A DNA stretch of 56,786 bases from assembly GCF_006345805.1 (NCBI RefSeq), contig NW_021833642.1:1-56786 (forward strand), written 5' to 3'. The notes below the pieces were generated by a model. It saw nothing but the letters and a program-made list of their open reading frames with translations. It had not been told where the DNA came from and did no database searches. Numbering within the stretch: position 1 is the first letter of the stretch; each line of letters opens with the position of its first letter. The position numbers and the translations under genes are program-made. Below, one piece after another: positions 23,696 through 35,600 of this stretch. Origin of the DNA: Octopus sinensis (taxonomy: Eukaryota).

Positions 23696-26600
23696 GTTTC
23701 TCCTTGCTTTTTTCTTTTTCTTTTATGTTTTTCTTAATAAGCCATTTTCTATACCGTTTGACTTGGGCAATGATTTCAAAGAAATAAGTTGAAAAGATTC
23801 ATTGAATGTATAATGTTAACTTATAAATTTAGGTTGATCTTATGGAAGTTGAGAGAAGGATGTTAGCAGATATGTGCTGATGGTATGGTTATTACTTTAG
23901 ATACTTGTTGTGAATGAATGACAGAAGCTGAGTGAAAATATAACCTGGATAATGGTGGAAGATACCGTAAATCCTCAAGTATAGTCCGCCCTTGAGTATA
24001 ATATGCAGGGGATTTTTAGGGGGCTGTACCTCTGAAAAATCTAAACCTTGTGTATAATATGCACCCCTTCTCTAACTTGAGTCATGTGTAATTAAGCCAT
24101 CAGCACCTAGTCGAACAAACACTTCCGGTGATGTTCTTAACTGTTATATGGGAATGTAAATATGTTTGCAGATTGTTTTTGTTACATGTTATTCTGTGTT
24201 CTGAATACTTTTATTTTAATAAATGTTGCTTACTGCAAGTTATGGAGGATAAGTCTGGAAAGAAGCAGTCTGCTTGGACTTGAGGTTATTGAAAAGTGTT
24301 TACTCTGGATTCAGATCTATGAAGGGTTCTTTGTAGTAGATTTATCCAACTCATGTTAGTACAGAAAAGCCAAGCATTAAAATGAGGTTATTTTTGACAT
24401 TGATAATTGTTGTATGTGTTATTATGATAGTGTTATTTTTTTTAAAAAGTTGCTCAGTGGAACTTAACAACCACCATGTCAGAGTCCACCCTTTTGCAAG
24501 CATTCAAAATCAAGTCTCAAGCCAGTTTGATATCTTGGTGTACTTAATATATTGGGTTGGCAACTAAGTTCCTGCCGTTTTTTTTAAATTTTGGAATTTA
24601 TTGCGTTTTTAAATTTTGTAATCAATTTTTTTCAAGAATTCTATTTTTGAATCATTTTGGAATCTATTTTGTTTTTTTTCTAGTTAATTTTAGTTAATTT
24701 TTGCTTATTTTCAGATCATTAAAATGGAATGTCAAGTTAAGAAAAAAATGAGCATTTTCGACACCTCTTTCTTTTCGCTTTTAATTAAGGTTCTAAGGCT
24801 GCAAAAGCTGCTCACAACATTTGTGCTGTGTATAGAGAGGGTGCCATAGCTGAAAGAACCGCTCGTGATTGGTATGCCGAGTTCAAAAATGGAAATTTTG
24901 ACCTCAAAGACACACCTCATTCTGGCCGTCCAGTTGAGTTCAATGGAGAGCGATTAAACCAACTTTTGCATGAAAATTCTCATCAGATGACAAGGAACTG
25001 GCAGAGAAAATGGAATGCTTCCTTCCACACTGCTATAGAGAAACATCTTCACTCGATGGGAAAGGTTCAGAAGTATGGAGCATGGGTTCTGCGTGCTTTA
25101 AGTGACAACAACAAAAATCAACAAGCCACAATCTCTGCTGGTTTACTTGATATAGAGGATCTTCGTCGATGCCTCCACCAAATTTGGAGATGGTCTAACA
25201 ACTGGGACCTGTGTCTGAACGTGTCAAAGTGCTGTCATCTGCCTGTTGGCTCTCCTCCTGCAACTCAACTTGATTTCGAGCTGGGTCGTCTGCTGCTGGA
25301 GAGGACCGATCAGGTAAAGGACCTGGGTATCTTGGTGGATTCCTCCTTTTCGCCTTCGGCCCAGTGCATCCATGCTGCCAACAAAGCACGTGGAATTCTG
25401 TTCTTGATTCGATGGTCATTCGGAATGCTCACAGCAGCCATATTCCTACCGCTCTATGTCACGCTGGTGAGACCCATATTGGAGTACGGGATTCAAGCCT
25501 CTTCTCCTTATCTCCTCAAAGACATACAGCATCTCGAAAGAGTCCAGAAGCTGGCTACCCGCATGGTTCATGGTCTCAAGAATTTGTCTTATGAAGAAAG
25601 GCTGAAGACGCTCAACCTTTATTCTCTAGGAAAACGCCGCCACCCTGGTGATCTCATTCTCGCTCACAACATCATAGGCGGAAAGTGTAACCTCTCAAAA
25701 GAGCTGTTCTTCACTCCTGCTCCAGAGCGTCGGCTGCGGGGTCATTCCGAAAAGCTCTATCTGCGACGATTTCATCTCAATCAAAGGAGAGGGGCTTTCT
25801 CTGTCCGGGTTGCGGATCCGTGGAACAAGTGCCAGACGAGATGGTGAAGATGCCAACGACTGCTTTGTTCAAAGTCTCCCTTGACCTCAAGTGGCCTGAA
25901 CTCTTTACATGAACACCACCCTGTACATAACTCCATGTCCCCCTACATGGCCTTGCTTTTTGAGCCAAAAATTAACTAACTAACTAACTTGCTCGTCACT
26001 GCTCAACTCATGGACACAAGCAACGATTTCTTTACCGAATCGTTACTGGCAACGAAAAATGGTGCCTGTACTGATGTACCATATGAAGCAGCGTAAATAA
26101 GTGACACCATGTGCGAAACAAAATCTTCATCTGCGTAAAACGATGTTGTGCGTTTGGTGGGCCTGGGAAGGGATTATCCATTATGAATAGCTTGAACGGA
26201 ACCAAACAGTCAATGCAGAACTCTATGTTCAACAGATGGAACGACTCAACACAGCTATTCAAGAGAAAAGACATAATCGTCAGCATGGAGTTTTTGTGCT
26301 GCACGACAGTGCCAGCCCTCATATCGCCAATATGACCAAGGAAGCCATTCAAATGCATGGTTGGGAAGTGCTGCCACACCTGCTGTACTCTCTCAATTTG
26401 GTACCAGTAGATTTCCACCTCTTTCGATCCCTTTCAAATGCTATGCATGGAGTTCTGTCCAGTACTGGTGCAGAATTGAAAGCTTGGATAAATTTTTCGA
26501 GTCAAAATCGGGTGAATTCCAACAATGAGGTATTAAAAATCATGTTGAAATTTGGGATGAAGTTGTAAACAACAAGGGTGAATACATTATTGATTAATTA

Positions 26601-29600
26601 GTTGTTATTTTTTATTAAACTTTAAAAAAATTTAAATTTGAAAAAACGGCAGGAACTTAGTTGCCAACCTAATACTATGGCTAACTATGAGAAGTGCTTT
26701 TTGTCCAATATTCTCAGAAGCCATGAAATGGCTATGGGTACTATCCTTCCTCCTCTAAACCATTAAAAGGGAGAGTAAAACCACATTATTTTCAGGTGAC
26801 TTTCATTTCTTGTGTTATATTTGGATGTCCATTCAGATGTGAAATCCTTTAAACTACATAATATATTGGTTGGCATCCTTTTTGTCTCTGGAGACAATGG
26901 AGTTGCGCATAAAATAGTCTAGTCCGGCTTTTACATTTCATGTCCTAATACATTTCCTGCTCTGGCTGTGTAGTCCTATCCTGGACAAACACTCCCTCTG
27001 GCAGGTGCCGCAAATGTAGCGAAGACTGTTCCTGGCTGGTTGTAGTGCCATAGTCTCTTGTTGACGTCTCTTCCTTTCTTTCCATTTCTCCTCTCTCTCT
27101 CTGTCACTCCTTTGTATTCCCTCTTTTACGGTACGTCGCCATTCTCCACGGTTGCCGGCAACTGCCTCCCAACCGCTAATATTGATGTTGCAGGCCTTCA
27201 TGTCCCTTTTGCAAACATCCTTGTAACGTAAGAACGGTCTACCCACAGACCTAGTACCCCTAGCAAGCTCTCCGTAGAGTATGTCCTTGGGGATTCTGCC
27301 ATCTTTCATACGGCTAACATGCCCCAGCCATCTCATACGTCTTTGTGTGAGGAGTGCAAACATGCTTGGTATTCATGCTTGCTTGAGGACATCTTTGTTG
27401 GGGATATGATTCTGCCATTTGATGCGGAGGATTTTCCGGAGGCGGTGCAGGTGAAAGATGTTTAGGCGACGCTCTTGGCGTGTGTATAGCGTCCAAGTCT
27501 AACTTCCATACAGTAGAGTGCTAAGTACACATGCCTGATAGATCTTCATTTTTGTGGTCTTGGTCAGCTTATTGTTGTCCCATGCCCGTTTGGAGAGTTG
27601 GGCCGTCACAGCAGCTGCCTTGCCAATGCGTATATTGAGCTCAGCATCAAAGGATAGGTTGTAGGTGACGGTAGAGCCAAGATAGGTAAACTTCTCCACC
27701 TCCTGTAATCTGTGGTCTCCAATATGTATGTTTGGGATGTCCGATGTATCCTGACCCATGATGTTGGTCTTCTTGAGGCTGATAACTAAGCCAATTTTGT
27801 TACATGCTTGCTCAAAACAATTGATGAGCCTTTGGAGGGCTTCTTATGTGTGTGATACCAGAGCGGCATCATCAGCAAATAGCATCTCCTTGATCAGGAT
27901 GCTTCTGATTTTGGTCTTGGCACGCAGGCGCGAGAGATTGAACAGTTTCCCGTCACTTCTACTGTGCAGAAACACTCCACCATCTGATGTCTGAAAGACA
28001 TGTGAGAGCAGCAGCAAGAAGAAAATGCCAAATAATGTAGGAGCGAGGACACAACCTTGCTTTACCCCGTTTTTTATTTGGAAGGCGGCTGACGTTGAGC
28101 CATTGTGCTGTATGGTGCCTTGCATATCATCATGGAAAGACTTGATGATCCTCAGCAGCTTTGGTGGACATCTGGTTTTGGAGCAGGATGAAGAGGCCTT
28201 TTGTGCTTACCAAGTCAAAGGCCTTTGTCAGATCAATGAAGGCCATATATAATGGCACTTTTTGCTCTCTGGACTTCTCCTGAAGTTGGCGTATGGAGAA
28301 TATCATGTCAATAGTTGATCTGCTTCTTCTAAAGCCACACTGCGATTCCGATAATATATTACAGTTCTATATTTAAGAGTTGTGGAATTATGTGCATTAT
28401 TTACATTATTTACGTTCAACGGATATTTGTCCTCATCTTGTTTATTGTTAACACAATGTTTAGGCTGATATACACTCCAGCCTTCTTCAGCTGTCTTGGG
28501 GAAATTTCGAACCTGGGTTCTCATTCCTAAGGTATTTTTTGATGTTGTTGTTGTTCAGGTCACTGCTTGGAATCAAACTCAGAATCTTGGAGTTAGTAGC
28601 CCGCGCTCTTAACTACTACGCTATATGCCCATGGGCAATTATTAATTGCCCATGGGCATATGGTGTAGTAGTTCAGAGCACGGGCTACTAACCCCAAGAT
28701 TCTGAGTTCGATTCCAAGCAGTGACCTGAACAATAATAATAATAATAACATCGAAAAATACCTTAGGAATGAGAACCCAGGTTCGAAATTTCCCCAAGAC
28801 AGCTGAAGAAGGCTGGAAGGTATATCAGCCAAAACGTTGTGTTAACAAACAAGATGAGGACAAATATCTGTTGAATGTAAATAATGTACATAATATATAT
28901 TACAATAATGGGAGCCACTGTAGTTCAATATTAACTAAACAGCTTTGTGCCCAGACAAAAAAGTAGATCTGTGGTTTGACTATAATACTTGACAATTTCC
29001 TAACTGGTATAGCTTTATGTCCATGGCCCAAATATTTAACTTCCTTCAATTTGAGAGGACTTGCTGGGCCAAAAGTAAAAAGAAAGAACAAAATGAACAG
29101 GTTGATACAAATCTATTTCATTAGTATTGTTGTCTGTGTGGTATGGACAAATACTTTTGTTGGCTTGCTGTACTGAGTTCAGTATCTTTTCCATGGGAAA
29201 AGTCTGCCAAGTTCAGGGATTTTTCTGTCTGTTGCGTAAAAAAAATCTTCTTATGCTAGCGTTAGCATTCTAGCCAAGAGGTGCTTATCTTAGTATTAGA
29301 GGACCTACTCTTATTGTTTATTGATCTGGATTGAAATTTTGAAATTCTTCCTGCATTGAGTATGATTTTCATTTCTATTAGAGTTCAATAAAATTTGTAT
29401 TAGTAAGATTAATATTAGTCAATTCTGTTTTATCTGTTTTCAGGTTCAGAATGAATTCCAAGTCGGTGACATTGGTTGGACTGTCTACAAAGATCGACAG
29501 AAAAATTTCCCTATAAGAACATCCAGAGTGAAAACTTTGGCTAATTATGACATTCAGTAAGTGAAATGTTCTTTTTGTTTCCTTTTTAATTACTTTAATT

Positions 29601-32600
29601 TCTCTCTTCCTCTTCACTGTTTATCGCTATCTATTTTGTTCTCACTCTCATTTAACATAGTTTATCTGTTTCCCATTCTACATCTCATACACATACATAC
29701 ATTCTTTCTCATTTTATATTTCTATTTCTTTCTTATTTTCTCTTGTGTCTTTCTTTCTCTTGTCTGCTCCATTTCTTTGTGTCATTTCTCTTTCTCTATC
29801 ATTCGCTTCTTTTTCTCATTATCTGCCTACTCATTTCATTGTTTCTATCTATATTGGTTTGAAGCAGACTGGTAATAACATCTGTTGAAATCTGAAACCC
29901 ATAAACTATCTAGATATATTCTACAAAATTGATACTACCCACAAGTTCATTTTGTCTATTCTGTCTTTCCAAAGTTGATAAAAAATACTCAAACTTATGT
30001 ATTTGCTTCTACTCTTGAAGCCAACAACATCTTACCTAATTTTAACTCTCATTTCAGCATGGGCTTTTTGAAGATATCACTAATAATTTCAGTTTACACA
30101 CCCCTTCTTAACTCTCTTTTTTCAATCAGTCATGGAGATATGCTGTTTCTCAGCTTTGAGTCAGATGCCAGTAGCCGACAAACTCAAGATTCTGTAGTAG
30201 CTTCAACTTCAACAGCCATTCCTGTGGACTCCAAAAAATATAGTGCAAACAGCACTGTTTCCAACTCCAGCACCGTACCCCATCTACCACATAAAAGCAT
30301 TGTTTTGGATGAAGTTGATGAAATTCTTGAAAAAGAAGATGGTAAAGTTGAGAGACAACGTAATGAACAGTTGTAAGTATTTGTGAAAAATGCTTTGGTG
30401 GAAGTAAATTAATGGCCTTCTCAGCTGTGTGGTTATAGTGCACTAACAATAAGATTGTCATTTCATATCCATTGCATATATTGTATTGTGACTCAGATCA
30501 TCTGCTTTGCAAATAAGTATCAGATATTGCAGCAGAATAACATGTGATTGACTGGTACCTGTCCAATAAAACATTGATCTCACATCTGCTTAATGCTAAA
30601 GAAACCAGAAGAAAAACTGTTAAGAAAGCTATCAGCTTTCCTCTTTATTTTACAACTCAAGCCTAATTTTGAGGAATTAGTAAAAAGTGTCCTGCATAAA
30701 GGCATGAATATCACACTTTATTTGAAGTTAGTACCATTTTATAATAGGTAAGCTATTGTCATATGGCTACTAAGACCAAATTCACTGCAGGTGTAATGCT
30801 CTGTGTTTAAACAAGATACTTATTCTATTACTCCTACCAGGTCTCCTTGTTGTTAGTCATTATTTTCTTACTGCTTAAAAAAACCTTAAGTTAGTGAGCC
30901 TGTGATTAATGGAGCTTTTGTTCTAAGGTGGAATGAGTTTTTCAAAAGTTTGTACTTGTGGGAGAACAGAATCAGTTGTGTAAAGTAAATGCTGGGTTGT
31001 TGTGAGATTAAGATTTAGAACCCTTATTTCCATGTTTAGTGACTATTCTTATTCTAGCAGCTACACTTTCAGTGCACCCACCCCCACTACTGACTTGGTC
31101 ACCTAGGTAATGGAAGCTATCAACTACTTCTAGTTTTTCTCCCTGGAATGTGGCGGAAGTTGTTCTCTGCACATTTTCAGTGTTTATTGCTCCTGAGCAT
31201 CTGCCACATACAAAAGCTATCTTCCCTGTTAGCCTTCTTTGATATTGCTGCACCGCTTATGTGTCCATAGCTTACACTGGGTACGTCTTATAGAGTTTCT
31301 ATCTATGCCTTTTCTACAGATCGAGCAAGGCCAACTACCTGAAGAGATTTGTTGTTTACCTGCCTTCCTACTTATTAGGACTTTGGTTTTAGCTAATTAA
31401 GGAAAACCACAATACTATGCATGAATGTGTATGCATCTATGTGTAGTTTTGTTTGTGTACTTGTACGTGTGTCTGTGTGTATGTACACTTAGATGGATGC
31501 TGGTATAGCTAATTAGTTAAGAAGTTCACTTTGCAATCATAAGGACCCAGATTTGATCCCAATGTGTGAGATCTTGGCTGAGTGTCATTAACCTCAATGT
31601 CAAATTGGTCCAAATTGTGGAAGGGGAATTTAGTTTACAAGAACTGTATAGAAGTCATTGAAGGAAATATACCTGTAGTTGAAAGGGCTAACCTTGTCCC
31701 TCATTGTGCTACATTGATTTTACCTGATTATTTGAACGGTATACATGTCTGTGGAATACTCAGCCACTTGTGCTATAAAACAATGAATAGATCTTTGAGT
31801 TGTCAGACAACTGCAATATTTATTGCTGAAACCAATGGAGTATCACTCTACTGTATGACCAACTATTAGGTTTATCTCTGCTTCACTCAGTTTTGTGATA
31901 TCTGAAATAATTTAATTGCAGATGTCACCATGGACCACAAGGGAAGTGCCTTCACTGTGCAGCTTTAGAGGTGAGTCAAAGAATATTTATTTTTCACTAT
32001 CTGCTAATTATTCTTACAGGTGATAAATCAGCACTTGACTGGTAAGTTAACAGGAATCATGTTAAAGTGCAGGTATAGTTGTGTGGTTGAGAAATTTGCT
32101 TCATGACCATGCAGCTTTGTTTCCGTCCCATGACAGGGTACCTTAGGCAAGAGTCTTTTACTCAAGTCTCAAGCTAACTTTAGTTTTGTGAGTGGATTTA
32201 GAAGAAAACTGAAAGAAGCCTATTGTGGCTGTATGATTAAGAAGCTTGTTTCCCAGGCATGTTGTCTTAGATTCAGTCCTAGTGCATGATACCGTGGCTA
32301 AGTGCCTTCTTCTAAGGCCTCAGACCAACCAAAACCTTGTGGGTGGAGTTGGTAAATGGAAGCTGAAAGAAGTTTGTCTTGTGTGTATGTATTTGTGTGT
32401 AACCTTACACCACATAATGGTTGTAAACGAGTGTTACTGTCATATAAGTGATGCTGTTTGTTTCTGGTCTTATGTGAAAATCATGTCTGACCATGGCGAC
32501 ATATTCTCTCACCCATTCTCTTACCCCCTACCTCCTCGTTTATGTTTGTACTTGTCCAAAAATTGCTGTCTTGCAGGTAGACATTATTTTCCCTGTCAAC

Positions 32601-35600
32601 AAATTGTCCACTGGCTTTATGCCTTTCAAGTTGTGATGTGTTAAAATGAGAGATTCTTTACTTGAAAAGCAGGCAGGACTTACTGATAGGAAGAACATTC
32701 AGTTGTAAAACAATGCTTCAACAATATATTTATCATGGTAAAAACTTGTAAAAAAAATGAATGAAACAAACAAATGTTAAGCTTTATATTTTTTTATGAC
32801 CTGCCTTATTACTTGCAACAATTTAGTGCTAGATAATACAGTGCATAAACAATTCAGCAGAGGACATCTTATTGAACTTAGGTAAAGGTTAGTTTTAGAA
32901 TGAAAAAAAAAGAAGAAAAATTTCAATTATTTATTTAAAAGCATGAAAAGATAAAAAATACAAAAAGAATTAAGAACGCTAAATTGTATTCTTTGAATCA
33001 GTAGTTAGCTAGTTTAATTTTATTTAAAGGTGTAGTTATCGTTTCATACAGGTGTTTGTGTATATGTTTTTTTTTTTTTTTGCTGGTGTTTGTTTCATGT
33101 ATATGTATGCTTTTGTTTATGTATAGTTAATCTATTCTATGACTGCTGTGTTTGTAGGTGGCATGTGCATGTGGTTTAGATATACAACCAACACCAATTT
33201 AATCTAATAATAAATTACATATATTACATGCACCAAATTGTCTATGTGCTGAGTTGTCTAGTGTTGAATTGTCAGGCACTGAATTGTCAGTACTCTTAAC
33301 TACATTCATCTTTAACGAATTTGTGTCTACCAGTTTGAGAAATCAGTTTGTATAATTTGTTGTGTTGCCTATATTAGGACTTAATACTAGTGTTAAGCTT
33401 GCTAATTGATTTAGTTTTGATTTATTTTTAGCATTGGTTTACCATTTATTTTATGGTGATCTTACAATAAAACTGATGCTGCTGGACTTGTTTATTATTC
33501 ACTTAGCTGTGGATGCAGGAAAGACTTTTCTTGTCTGCTTTACACTTTAATAACTAAGTTAACCCATTAGTATTTAAAATGGACATACACAGCTCAAATG
33601 TTCTGCCTGTTTTACATTAAAACAGGACTGATCTGGTCTCTCACACCTACTCTACAATGTCATTCTGCAATTAAGCAACTGTTTCATCGAAATCTTGAAG
33701 CTATGAGATTGTGCATGATTGATTCGAAACAATGTGAATAAATAAGCATTACATTCGACAGTTATCTAAATGCTAAAGGGTTAAGTATCAACCCTATGGA
33801 GCTAGGGAGCCTTGAATTGCTAGAAATAGCAACCAAATTTTTCTGCCATTTAAAAAATGACATGCTGGATAATGTGGTCCTGGATTCCCTACACACTGGA
33901 AAAAGAGGGGATGGTCATGTCTTTCATCATAGTTCTGTTTACTCAGGGTTGACCTGTGATTAAACAACTGCATGAATAGATTAATGTGAATAGACAACAC
34001 GGATAGCTGGGTGATGTTGATGTTATTGTTGTAGGTGATAAAGGTGATGTTCTATAGAAGAGAGGCTGAGTAGTTTGGACGGGTTGGTGAATTTGAAATT
34101 AATGGGATGTAGTTCTATGGAAGAGAGGCTGTCTTAGTTTTAGCATGTCTTAATCATTACACCCCTTGGTTCATCTATCAGTTCTTTCATACTCTTCCAT
34201 TTCTGTTCTCAGCCTTACGATGAAGAAGTGATGAAATCTTGTAAACCTCCAACAAAGTTCTTCTCCTTCCACTCCTATCTGCGTAAGTTGACTGGTGGAG
34301 TAGATAAGTAAGTAATATCTTTTCCTTCATTCCACCTTGTTGTGTATTTACAGCTTGATGTTTTTGTTATGTCTTAAGAATGTGACGTGTGAGAGAGATT
34401 GTTAATGTTAACATCTTATCTTGCACATTTCAGTTAAAATCTAGAATCTGTTCACTGCGTGTTAGCTTTCTTATCTCTGCGAATATGTAAACTTATTATT
34501 GAAGGCCCGAAAGGTATTAATGTAGTTATTATTAAGGGGTGAGCAGTCTGAATTGGCGAAAATGCATGGCAGTATTTGTTTCAGCCCTTTACTTTCTGAG
34601 TTCAAATTCCACTGGAGTCAATTTTGCTCATCATCTTTTGAGAGTCAATAAAATGAAGTTACCAGTCAAGTACTGGGGTCCTTGTAATTGACTATCCCCT
34701 TCCCCCTAAAATTACTGGCCTTGTACCAAAATTTGAAACCATCATTATTATCATTACTTACTGTTCTACTGTGGATGGTCAGAAATGTCCCTTTATATTT
34801 GGTGTTTTAGAAGAACTGAGACAGTGATATGAAAATATTTTAATAATCTGTAAGATTACAATCAATGTTGACTCATATATAACAATTTTAGAATTCAACA
34901 ATATTGTTGAAGGATTTTTCTCCTCTCTCTGTCCTTTGTCCTTCCTCTATATTATTCCTCTGACTGACTACCTATTGTTTTCTTTCAAAGATTTACTACT
35001 AAAGTCAAAAGGTTAGAATTATTTTATCTTCATGGCACACTGTTGATGGTTTCTTTTATTTATTTTTTAAACATTTCCAGTGAGGATTGCATATTGCTAT
35101 GGCTGTTTCTAGATAATCTGTAAAGATAATTAGATGTGCCAATAAAGTAAACTTTCAATGCTGCACAGATGAAAGAAGTGTAATATGTCATGTGACTGGA
35201 GTAGAACTCTTCATTAATGCATATTTCATTAATTACAAATTTTATAGCTTACGAATCTCTTAATATAATATTCAACCTTGCCATCTTAATGTAGAAAGCA
35301 AATATTAATTTTCCACGATTAAGGAGAAATTAAGGGGAAAGAAGGTCGACTGAACATTTTAACTATACCCATGGCAACAGTGGCAGTTGTCACATTTTTG
35401 AACACTTGAGACACTTCGTGATAAACACACTATTAGAGTAAAACAATGTAGACATGTGCATAATATTGCTGTTGTGATTGCACTGAGTGCATATGTAAAC
35501 ATTTAAATTGTATTTTATGAAAATTTTATTAGAATCATACATATGACACACACACTGTTTGATAACTTGAATTATTCATTTGTTGTACCAGACAAACATT

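Noticed and set aside
28655-28725. Functional tRNA gene
   Set aside because: The acceptor stem does not pair, and it is embedded in a repeat. Treated as a SINE head. No true tRNA or rRNA gene was seen.
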